64,000 nt of DNA. Source: Actinomycetota bacterium (lineage in GTDB: Bacteria > Actinomycetota > Acidimicrobiia > Acidimicrobiales > AC-14). This document shows, one piece after another, positions 34,929 through 43,026 of the stretch. Both the position numbers and the translations under genes were made by a program. The stretch lies in contig JBFMCT010000011.1 of NCBI GenBank assembly GCA_040754375.1, positions 1,384 through 65,383 of the forward strand, written 5' to 3'. The first letter of the stretch is position 1; every line of letters begins with the position of its first letter. The notes beneath the pieces were generated by a model, which was given only the letters and a program-made list of their open reading frames with translations, was not told where the DNA came from and searched no databases.

Positions 34929-35897
34929 ATGGCGCTGACGACCGTGCCGGTCGCCCCGTGGATCGAGGGGTTCCAGCCCTTCGACCACACCTCGGTGCGG
35001 CGTACCGAAGTCGTGCGTCCCGCCATGTGCGGGCACAACTCGTTGCTGGTCGGCCAGATCGGCGACTGGACCTGGGACGCCGTCGCCCAGGTGTGCGGCA
35101 CCGACGTACTGCGGGCCGCCAGCCGCACCGGCGAGCCCGCCTACCTGTCGTTCTATTACTACCGGGTGCGTAGCAGCCCGTCGTTCCACCTGCGGACGCC
35201 GACGTTCGGCGACCGCCTGCACGTGACCTCGCAGCTCTTCGACTTCGGCAGCGAGTCCGTGCTGACCCTGCACCGCATCAGCCTCCTGGCCGGCGTAGGT
35301 GGCTTCGGGCCCGACGAGTTCTACTCGGGCACCGACAAGGACTGCCTCTATGTCGAGAACCTCAACCGGTGGATCTCCCGGCCCGACGACGGGTCCAACC
35401 GCCGTCTGGTCCCGGCCTCGCCGCCGGACTTCCGCCACCACCACCTGCCCCCGCTGCCCGAGGCCTACTCGCCCCGCCACGCCTGCCACCGCGCTCGCAC
35501 CCGGCTGACGTTCCTCGACGGCGACGATCTCGACCGGCTGGAGCCCGCTGGCCCGCCCGTGGAGCTCGAGTACCGCGTCGACCCCAGCCGGGACCTCAAT
35601 GGCGTGGGCCTGCTGTACTTCGCGGCCTACTTCTCGATCGTCGACTGGGGCCTGCTCCAGCTCTGGCGGGGCCTGGGCCGCAATAGCCGCTCGTTCCTCG
35701 AACGAGTGGTGGTGGACCAGCAACTCTGCTATCTCGGGAACGCTGATGCCGACAGTGCTGTGAGGGTGAGCGTCCAGCGGCGGGAAGCGGTGACCGGTGA
35801 CCGCGGCCACGAGGTCGTCGACGTGGTGCTACGAGACCGTGCCGACGGGCGGCTACTGGCCGTTTGCACCCTGCGGCTACTGGCGAACCCTCGCTAA
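34929..35897 (+). CDS. double hot-dog-fold protein (acyl-ACP thioesterase / LnmK-like)
   Basis: 322 aa, two similar halves, with ..NGVGLLYFAAYFSIVD.. reminiscent of acyl-ACP thioesterase-type hot-dog proteins. Family assignment is by eye only. Confidence 0.45.
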   Translation: MALTTVPVAPWIEGFQPFDHTSVRRTEVVRPAMCGHNSLLVGQIGDWTWDAVAQVCGTDVLRAASRTGEPAYLSFYYYRVRSSPSFHLRTPTFGDRLHVTSQLFDFGSESVLTLHRISLLAGVGGFGPDEFYSGTDKDCLYVENLNRWISRPDDGSNRRLVPASPPDFRHHHLPPLPEAYSPRHACHRARTRLTFLDGDDLDRLEPAGPPVELEYRVDPSRDLNGVGLLYFAAYFSIVDWGLLQLWRGLGRNSRSFLERVVVDQQLCYLGNADADSAVRVSVQRREAVTGDRGHEVVDVVLRDRADGRLLAVCTLRLLANPR

Positions 35898-38800
35898 CCG
35901 GCCCCGGGCCACGAAGCCGTCCCGCAACTCGGCGGGGAGCAGGGCGGCGAGGCGGTCGAACGCCTCCCGGGCCTGGCCGGGAGGTGCCACCTCGGCCAGC
36001 AGCAGGTCCGAGCCGGTGGAAGCGGCCACGGCCGCGGCCTCCTCGCACCGGCCGAGGTGGTGCAAGGCCAGCGCCTCGTACTTGCGGGAGCGGCGCTGGC
36101 GGGCCGTGTCGAGGAGGCCGTCGGCTTCGTCGGCGGCCAAGCGGCAACGCAGCTCCCGGTAGCGGAGCTCGGCCCGCCAGTGGAACGGGAGCCAGTTGGA
36201 CAACAGCGGCCCCGCCTCCTCTACCAGTTGCCCGGCTGTGCCGTCGTCGCCCGCCAGCAGCGCGCATTCCGCCCGGGCCAGGATCCCGTGCAGCTCCTGC
36301 TCGATCTGAAGGCTCCCGGCGCCAACGTCGCGGGCCTCGTCGACCGCCCGCTCGGCCAGGTCACGGGCCCGGCCCTGCTGGCCGACCTCCCGCCACACCC
36401 ACGACAACAATGTGTCGGTGCGGGCGCGGTAGAAGTGGACGTCGTACTCCTCCAGCAGGCGCCGCTTGCGGTCGAGCGCCCGCAGGGCACCGCCGAAGTC
36501 GCCGAGGTTGGCCCGGGCCAGGGCGGCAAAGAACAGGGCACGCAGCAGCGGTCGGAAGGAGCCGCTGCGCGTCGACTCGGCCGCCGCCTGGTCGAGGGTG
36601 CGACGGGCCTCGGCGAAGCGGTCACCGTGCTCCAGCAAGGCGCCCAGGCAGCTCAACGCCGACGCCGTGGTAGGCGCGTCGGGCTCTCGCGACAGGGCCT
36701 CTTCGTAGGCTGAGGCGGCGCCGTCGATGTCGCCTGCCCAGTGCCGGATGCGCCCCACCAGGACCAGCGCGCTGGGCAGCGCGGCGGGAGCGGCGGCTGC
36801 CGACTCGGCCAGCTCGGCGGCCCGGGCCGCCAGTTCGGAGGCGACCGCCGGGTCCCGGCCGTAGTACGCCGTCCAGCCCAGGCGCTCGAGGGCCTGGGCC
36901 TCGATGCCCTCGTCCCCGATGCCGCGGGCGATCGCCAGCGCCGCCATGTGGTCCTCGTTGGCTCCTGCGTAGTCGGCCAGCTCTTCGCGCATCTGCCCGC
37001 GACGGATGAGCGCCCGGGCTCGGGCCCCGTCGTCGCCCGCCTGCCCGGCCGCGGCGATGGCCTCGGTGAGGAGGCGCTCGGCGTCTCGGAGAGCGAACGA
37101 CCGGACCGCCCGCTCCGCGGCCCCCGACCACGCGGCGTGGGCCTGGGCCCAGTCGCCGGCCGCGCCATGGTGGACGGCGGCCATCTCCGGTTTGCCCGCC
37201 AGCTTGGCCGCGGCCCTGCGGTGGCGGCTGGCCCGGATGGGTGCCGGCGTGCTGTCGTAGAGAACGTCGCGGATGATGCTGCCGGCGAAGAGGAAGCGGC
37301 TGCCGTCGGTGGTCAGCAGCCCGGCCTGTAGGGCGTGCCCCGCCCGCTGGGCCGCTTCCTCGGTGGCCAGGCCCATGAGCTCGGCCACGAAGTCCAGCTC
37401 GAAACCACCGCCGACGATCGCCGCTCCCCGCAGGAGCTCCTCGACGTCCTTGCCGGCCCGGGCCACCCGATCGAGCACCGCCGTCCGCAGCGACGGCGGC
37501 TGGCGTCCCCCCTGATCGGCCGCGGCCAGGCGCAGGGCCTCGACGACGAACTGGGCGTGACCACCGGTGCGCTCGTGCAGTTCGAGCGAGTCGACCGAGG
37601 TGGCGCCCAGGCGCTGGCGGAGCTGTTCGACGGCTGCGGGGGACAACTCCTCGAGCGCCAGGACCTCGGCGGCGTGGCCCGCAAGGGGCAGGATGCCGTC
37701 CATCTCGTCGGAGGCGACGGTGCCCACGATCAGGATCGCCCTGGTTTCGAGGCGCCCGGCGAGGAGGAAGGCCGCTTCGACGGTCGAGCGCCCGGCGTGG
37801 TGCAGATCGTCCAACACGATGAGCACGGGCTGCTCCCGGGACAGCCCCTCGAGCACGCTCGTCACCGCGCTCAGGGAATGCCGGCGCTCGATCTCGGGGG
37901 TCGAGCGCTCGTAGGGCGACTCACCGAGCAGGGGCCGGAGCTGGGGCATCAGCTCGGCCAGGGTGCCGGCCCACCGCCCGGCCAGGCGCTGGACCTTCTG
38001 GGGCTCGAGCGACGAGAGGCAGCCGGCCAGAGCTTCGAGTAGTGGCTGGAGGAACAGCGAACGTTCGGCCTCGTAACACGTCGCCCACATCACGAGCGCG
38101 CCCGTGGCCCGGGCCTCCGACGCCAGTTCGGAGGCGAGCCGGGTCTTGCCCGACCCGACCGAACCCGAGACGAGCTGGACGCCGGCCCGGCCCCGCACGG
38201 CCGCCGACCAGCGCTCGAGGAGAGCGGCCAGCTCGGCCTCCCGACCGACCAAAGACGATGAGGCGCCCGAGCCCGCATGGTTTCGGTCGAGGGCCGTCGG
38301 ATCGGCGGCCGGGACCGGTTCCGAACGGACGATGGCGAGGTAGAGCCTCTCGGTCTCGGCACCCGGGCCCGCGCCCAGTTCGGTCGCCAGCGTCTCCCGC
38401 AACTCCCGGTAGGCGGTGAGGGCGGCCGCGGCGTCGCCGGCCAGGTAGAACGCCTGCATACAGGCCCGGTGGGCTTCCTCGTCCACGGGATCGGCTTCGA
38501 TGGCCGCGGTGGCGGCGTCGAGGGCGGCGATCGGCTCGCCCAGCCCCAGCGCGGCCGCCCACGCCGCGTGGCGGGCCCGGCGCACGAGCCTCTCGGCCTG
38601 GCGGCGGGCGGGCTCGGCCCATGGCGCATAGGGCTCGTCGACCAGGAACGTCCCCCGCTCGAGCAGGTGGCGGGCCTGCACGGCCGCCGCTGCGGCCAGC
38701 GCCACCCGCCCGTCGCGGAGCTGGTTCTCGGCCTCGGCCACCAGCTGCTGGGCCTCGTCTTCGTCCACCCAGCAACCGGCCAGCTCCCACCGGTAACCAC

Positions 38801-39065
38801 CCCGCCCACCGCTGATCCGTTCCGCCCCCACCACCCGCCGCAGCCGGCTGACCAGGGACGCGACGTTCTGCGCCGTACCCGGCGGGGCCCGGTCCCCCCA
38901 CAGCGCGTCCACGATCGCATCGGTCGGCACGTATGCCCCGCGCCGGACCACCAGCAGCCGGGCCAGCGAGGTCGCCTTCCCTCCGGGCAAAGCCAACGGC
39001 CCGCCGGGCACGCCGAAGACCTCGAACCGCCCCATCAGTCGGACCCGGAGCTCAACCTCCGGCAT
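35877..39065 (-). CDS. SARP/AfsR-family regulator: OmpR-type winged helix + BTAD + P-loop NTPase + TPR
   Basis: 1062 aa. N-terminal LRVRLMGRFEV..., BTAD (..EEAHRACMQAFYLAGDAAAALTAYRELRETLATELG..PG.ETERLY), Walker A SGSVGSGKTRL, Walker B VLIVLDDLHH, and a long TPR-like C-terminus. Confidence 0.85.
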   Translation of the reverse strand: MPEVELRVRLMGRFEVFGVPGGPLALPGGKATSLARLLVVRRGAYVPTDAIVDALWGDRAPPGTAQNVASLVSRLRRVVGAERISGGRGGYRWELAGCWVDEDEAQQLVAEAENQLRDGRVALAAAAAVQARHLLERGTFLVDEPYAPWAEPARRQAERLVRRARHAAWAAALGLGEPIAALDAATAAIEADPVDEEAHRACMQAFYLAGDAAAALTAYRELRETLATELGAGPGAETERLYLAIVRSEPVPAADPTALDRNHAGSGASSSLVGREAELAALLERWSAAVRGRAGVQLVSGSVGSGKTRLASELASEARATGALVMWATCYEAERSLFLQPLLEALAGCLSSLEPQKVQRLAGRWAGTLAELMPQLRPLLGESPYERSTPEIERRHSLSAVTSVLEGLSREQPVLIVLDDLHHAGRSTVEAAFLLAGRLETRAILIVGTVASDEMDGILPLAGHAAEVLALEELSPAAVEQLRQRLGATSVDSLELHERTGGHAQFVVEALRLAAADQGGRQPPSLRTAVLDRVARAGKDVEELLRGAAIVGGGFELDFVAELMGLATEEAAQRAGHALQAGLLTTDGSRFLFAGSIIRDVLYDSTPAPIRASRHRRAAAKLAGKPEMAAVHHGAAGDWAQAHAAWSGAAERAVRSFALRDAERLLTEAIAAAGQAGDDGARARALIRRGQMREELADYAGANEDHMAALAIARGIGDEGIEAQALERLGWTAYYGRDPAVASELAARAAELAESAAAAPAALPSALVLVGRIRHWAGDIDGAASAYEEALSREPDAPTTASALSCLGALLEHGDRFAEARRTLDQAAAESTRSGSFRPLLRALFFAALARANLGDFGGALRALDRKRRLLEEYDVHFYRARTDTLLSWVWREVGQQGRARDLAERAVDEARDVGAGSLQIEQELHGILARAECALLAGDDGTAGQLVEEAGPLLSNWLPFHWRAELRYRELRCRLAADEADGLLDTARQRRSRKYEALALHHLGRCEEAAAVAASTGSDLLLAEVAPPGQAREAFDRLAALLPAELRDGFVARGRLARVRQ

Positions 39066-39231
39066 CGGGTGCGCCCCCTTCCCCGGCCTACCGGGACGAC
39101 CCTCAAACTACCCTTCGTCGCGCCTTACCGGCGTACGAAGGCCCCGCTCCTACCATCCAGCCCTAGGAGCGGCGGGCGGACCGCGAAGCACCCGGCGCCT
39201 TCACCTGGCTGGCTAGCTCTGGCTGGCTGGC

Positions 39232-39307
39232 TGGCAGTCCCAACGGGGTTCGAACCCGTGTCTCAACCTTGAGAGGGTTGTGTCCTAGGCCACTAGACGA
39301 TGGGACC
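39232..39307 (-). tRNA. tRNA-Glu (anticodon CTC), CCA encoded
   Basis: Reverse complement GGTCCCATCGTCTAGTGGCCTAGGACACAACCCTCTCAAGGTTGAGACACGGGTTCGAACCCCGTTGGGACTGCCA folds as a cloverleaf. Anticodon loop is CUCUCAA, T-loop TTCGAAC, and pair 1-72 is G:U. Confidence 0.9.
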
Positions 39308-39331
39308 AGTGTCGCCGCCGCGCGCGACGGC

Positions 39332-39406
39332 TGGCTCGGGGGGGAGGACTCGAACCCCCAATAACAGGGCCAGAACCTGTCGTGTTGCCGATTACACCAC
39401 CCCCGA
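39332..39406 (-). tRNA. tRNA-Gln (anticodon CTG), CCA encoded
   Basis: Reverse complement TCGGGGGTGGTGTAATCGGCAACACGACAGGTTCTGGCCCTGTTATTGGGGGTTCGAGTCCTCCCCCCCGAGCCA. Has U1:A72, anticodon loop UUCUGGC and T-loop TTCGAGT. Confidence 0.9.
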
Positions 39407-39438
39407 TCGGGCTCGACCAGCCTAGCAGTGCCTAACGC

Positions 39439-40923
39439 ATGCCCTGCCGGGGGAAAACCCACAGCATGCCGACAGTGAACCGGGTGCTGCCCGAACGAGC
39501 ATACGAGACCCTGGACGACTACGTGGCCGCGGGCGGCGGGCGAGGCCTGGAGGCGGCCCGGGCCGTGGCCCCCGAGGTGGTGATCGCCGAGATCGAGGCG
39601 TCGGGGCTGCGGGGCCGGGGCGGGGCCGGGTTCCCGACGGGCACCAAGTGGCGGACCGTGCGCGACCACCGTTCGGACCTGCTGCCCACGTCGGTGGTGG
39701 TCAACGCGGCCGAGGGTGAACCGGGGACGTTCAAGGACCGCACGATCATGCGCCTCGACCCGTACTCCGTGCTCGAGGGCGCCCTGGTGGCGGCCCACGC
39801 CGTCGGCGCGGCCATCGTGGTGGTGGCCACCAAGGCCACGTTCAGCCCGGAGGTGGCCCGGCTGCGAAGGGCGATGGCCGAGGTTCGGCGGGCGGGTTGG
39901 CTGGCGGAGGACTTCGAGCTGAGCCTGCACGAGGGCCCGAGCGAGTACCTCTACGGCGAGGAGACGGCCCTGCTGGAGTCGATCGCCGGGCGCCCGCCTT
40001 TCCCCCGCATCGCCCCGCCGTTCCGCCGGGGGGTCACCGAGGTGGTCGAGCTCGACGCCGACGACGAGAGCGGGCTGGCCGCCCCGGTCGACATGGCCGG
40101 GCCCAGCGACGGCGACGTGGCCCCGCCTACCCTGGTCGACAACGTCGAGACCCTGGCCAACGTGCCCCGGACGGTAAGCGAGGGCGCTGCTTGGTTCCGC
40201 CGGTACGGCACCGACGAGTCGCCGGGGACGATCGTATGCACCGTCACCGGTTCGGTGCGCCGCCCGGGCGTGGGCGAGGTCCCCATGGGCACGCCCCTGG
40301 CCGAGGCCATCGCCGCCATCGCCGGCGGACCGCTCGACGGGCGTCGCCTGGTCGCCGTGCTGCCCGGGGTGGCCAACGGGTACGTGCCCGCCGACCTGCT
40401 GGCCACCCCCCTGACCTACGAGGCCATGGCCGCCAACGGGAGCGGCCTGGGCTCGGCCAGCTTCCGGGCCCTCGACGACGGTGACGACGTTGTGGCGGTC
40501 ACCGCTGGGGCGTCGCGGTTCCTGGCCGTGGAGTCGTGCGGGCAGTGCGTGCCCTGCAAGCAGGACGGCCTCACCCTGGCCACCATCCTCGAACGCCTGT
40601 GCCGGGGCGAGCCCGAGCCGGGCGACGTCGACGTCCTGAAGACCAGGGCGGCCACCGTCGGCGACCGCGCCCGGTGTTACCTCGCCCTCCAGCACCAGGC
40701 CGTAGTGACCAGCCTGCTCGACCGGTTCCCAGACCATGTCGAGGCCCACGCCACCCACGAAGCGCCCCCCACCGACCGCGCCCTGGTGGCCGAACTGGTC
40801 GACCTGGGCGACGGCCACGCCGCCATCGACGAGGACTTCCGCCACAAGCAGCCCGACTGGGACCACGGCCGCACCGACTCGGGCCAGGCCCCCGCCGACC
40901 GCCATGCCGAGCACCGCAGCTGA
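39439..40923 (+). CDS. NuoF-like flavoprotein (NADH dehydrogenase subunit F family, FMN + 4Fe-4S), orphan
   Basis: GLRGRGGAGFPTGTKW (FMN site), NAAEGEPGTFKDR, YLYGEETALLESI, ESCGQCVPCKQDG (N3-type cluster). An alternative start ATG at 39466 has a better RBS. Confidence 0.8.
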   Translation: MPCRGKTHSMPTVNRVLPERAYETLDDYVAAGGGRGLEAARAVAPEVVIAEIEASGLRGRGGAGFPTGTKWRTVRDHRSDLLPTSVVVNAAEGEPGTFKDRTIMRLDPYSVLEGALVAAHAVGAAIVVVATKATFSPEVARLRRAMAEVRRAGWLAEDFELSLHEGPSEYLYGEETALLESIAGRPPFPRIAPPFRRGVTEVVELDADDESGLAAPVDMAGPSDGDVAPPTLVDNVETLANVPRTVSEGAAWFRRYGTDESPGTIVCTVTGSVRRPGVGEVPMGTPLAEAIAAIAGGPLDGRRLVAVLPGVANGYVPADLLATPLTYEAMAANGSGLGSASFRALDDGDDVVAVTAGASRFLAVESCGQCVPCKQDGLTLATILERLCRGEPEPGDVDVLKTRAATVGDRARCYLALQHQAVVTSLLDRFPDHVEAHATHEAPPTDRALVAELVDLGDGHAAIDEDFRHKQPDWDHGRTDSGQAPADRHAEHRS

Positions 40924-40954
40924 CCCCGGCCGCCCGCCGGGCCCGGCGCCGGGC

Positions 40955-41596
40955 TCAGCGCCCCAGTAACACCACCGGTGGGGCGGCGATGCGGCGTTGG
41001 ATGCCGGCCTCGCGGCGGTAGCCGATGATGCGGCCCACGGCCACCGCCGCCGTCTCGCGGAACATGTGGCGGGTGGCGCTGGCCCCGGTGATAGGGCTGG
41101 TGCGGGTGGGCGAGGCGTGGGCCTCGAGTCCCAGCTCGCCGGCGATGGCCGTGACCCGGTAGGAGTGGAAGCCGTCCGAGACCAGCAGCACGGAGTGGAT
41201 GTCGCGCTCTTGCAGGAACACAGAGGCGGCGGCCAGCGACTCCCACGAGTTGGTGCCGCTGACCTCCCGCAGGATGTCCTCGTCGGGCACGCCCCGGCCC
41301 ATCAGGTAGTCGGCCGAGGCGGCCGCCTCGGTGAACTCGTCCCCCGGCTGCTTTCCCCCGGTCACCACGATCACCGGGGCCAGGTCGCGCTGGTATAGGT
41401 CGAAGGCGTGGTCAAGGCGGGCCTGGAGGATGGACGAGGGCACCCCGTTGAACTGGGCCGCGCCCAGCACGACGATGGCCTGGGCGGGCCGGGCCCGGTC
41501 CTGGCGCGACGCCCACCAGACCTGGGCGAACGTGAACACGAGGTAGCCGGCCACCACCAGCCCCGCCACGATCGCGAGCTTGAGGAGCCGGATCAC
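40955..41596 (-). CDS. DUF218 (YdcF/ElyC-like) membrane-anchored protein
   Basis: GTG at 41596 overlaps the gltX stop (GTGA). N-terminal TM, then IVVLGAAQ..., VIVVTGG..., LLVSDGFHSYR. Confidence 0.75.
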   Translation of the reverse strand: MIRLLKLAIVAGLVVAGYLVFTFAQVWWASRQDRARPAQAIVVLGAAQFNGVPSSILQARLDHAFDLYQRDLAPVIVVTGGKQPGDEFTEAAASADYLMGRGVPDEDILREVSGTNSWESLAAASVFLQERDIHSVLLVSDGFHSYRVTAIAGELGLEAHASPTRTSPITGASATRHMFRETAAVAVGRIIGYRREAGIQRRIAAPPVVLLGR

Positions 41597-42999
41597 GAGC
41601 CCTCGAGAAGCTCCCTCGCCCGCCTCACCCGGGCCAGCACCTCGTCGCGGCCCAGGACCTCCAGGGACTCGAACAGGGGCGGGCCGACCGGACGGCCGGT
41701 CACCGCCACCCGGACGGGGGCCTGGGCCTTGCCCAGCTTGAGGCCGTGGCGCTCCCCCACCTCGGCCGTGGCTGCGTGCAGGGCGGCGGCCGTCCACTCC
41801 GCCCCGGCGTAGGCCTCGAGCACCCCGTCGAGCACGGCGGCCGCCACCGGCGCGCCCATCACCTTGTCCCAGGCGGCCTGGTCCACGGCGGGCTCTTCGA
41901 GGAACAGGAAGTCGACGGTGGCCGCCACCTCACCGAGGGTACGCACCCGTTCCTGCACGAGGGGCGCCATGGCCACGAACTTGGACAGGTCGAAGCGCTC
42001 GGGCGGCCACGGCGTGTCGGTCTCCAGCCACGGGAGCGACTCGGACACGAAGACCTCGACCGGCAAGGCCCGTATGTAAGCGGCGTTCATGTGGTCGAGC
42101 TTCTGGGTGTCGAAGAAGGCGGGCGAAGGGGTCACGTCCTCCAGGCGGAACTGGGCCACCATGTCCTCGATGGGAGCGATCTCGCCCCCCTGGCGGGGAG
42201 CCCACCCCAGCAGGGCCAGGTAGTTGCGCATGGCCTCGGGCAGGTACCCCCGCTCGCGGTACTCCTCGACGGCCACCGCGTGCTGGCGCTTGGACAGCTT
42301 GCGCCGCTGGGCGTCGACGATCAGCGGCAGGTGGGCGTAGACGGGCTCGGGCGCGGTGGTCAACGCCCGGCGCAGCATGAGCACGCGGGGGGTCGACGAC
42401 AGCAGGTCCTCCCCCCGAATGACGTGGGTGATGCCCATGTCGAGGTCGTCCACGGCGTTTGGCAGGTAGAACGAGGGCGAACCGTCGGAGCGCACGATCA
42501 CGAAGTCCTCGATCGTGGAGTGGGCGAAGCGGACCTGGCCCCGCACGACGTCGTCGACCACCGTCTCGCCCTCGTCGGGCGTGCGCAAGCGCAGCGCCCG
42601 GCCCGGCCCGGCCCCCAGGCCCAACTCGCGGCAGAAGCCGTCGTAGCCGGCCGGGCCCGAGGTCGCCCCCGAGCGGGCGCGTACGTCGTCGGCCGTGCAC
42701 CCGCAGTAGTAGGCCCGGCCCTCGGCCACCAGGGTGGCGGCCACCTCCCGGTAGCGGTCGAGGCGGTGGGACTGGTGCACAGGCCCCTCGTCCCAGTCGA
42801 TCCCCAGCCAGTGCAGGCCGGCCTCGATGGCCCGCACCGACTCCTCGGTCGAACGTGACGCGTCGGTGTCCTCGATGCGCAGCAGCAGCGTCCCCCCCGT
42901 GTGGCGGGCGTACATCCAGTTGTACAAGGCCAGTCGGGCCGTCCCGACATGGAGGTACCCGGACGGGGCCGGGGCGTAACGGACTCGAGGGGCGCTCAC
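41593..42999 (-). CDS. gltX: glutamate--tRNA ligase
   Basis: GTG at 42999. 468 aa with PAPSGYLHVGTAR (HIGH), LLRIEDTD and KLSKRQ (KMSKS). The upstream part of ORF 41593..43845 is antisense to proS. Confidence 0.92.
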   Translation of the reverse strand: MSAPRVRYAPAPSGYLHVGTARLALYNWMYARHTGGTLLLRIEDTDASRSTEESVRAIEAGLHWLGIDWDEGPVHQSHRLDRYREVAATLVAEGRAYYCGCTADDVRARSGATSGPAGYDGFCRELGLGAGPGRALRLRTPDEGETVVDDVVRGQVRFAHSTIEDFVIVRSDGSPSFYLPNAVDDLDMGITHVIRGEDLLSSTPRVLMLRRALTTAPEPVYAHLPLIVDAQRRKLSKRQHAVAVEEYRERGYLPEAMRNYLALLGWAPRQGGEIAPIEDMVAQFRLEDVTPSPAFFDTQKLDHMNAAYIRALPVEVFVSESLPWLETDTPWPPERFDLSKFVAMAPLVQERVRTLGEVAATVDFLFLEEPAVDQAAWDKVMGAPVAAAVLDGVLEAYAGAEWTAAALHAATAEVGERHGLKLGKAQAPVRVAVTGRPVGPPLFESLEVLGRDEVLARVRRARELLEGS

Positions 43000-43026
43000 T
43001 GCCAGCGACGGTAGCCTCGGGGGCCC

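Noticed and set aside
35864-39272. Plus-strand ORFs inside the SARP regulator gene (35864..36673, 36057..36713, 37335..38042, 38277..39272)
   Set aside because: They are antisense to a 1062-aa ORF with a coherent wHTH-BTAD-P-loop-TPR architecture, and their composition is Arg/Gly/Pro-biased.
39066-39440. tRNA-Glu/tRNA-Gln as an integration site of a genomic island or prophage
   Set aside because: There is no integrase, no direct repeat of a tRNA 3' end and no phage or transposon genes on either side. tRNA-Gln/Glu next to gltX is, as I recall, a conserved actinobacterial arrangement.
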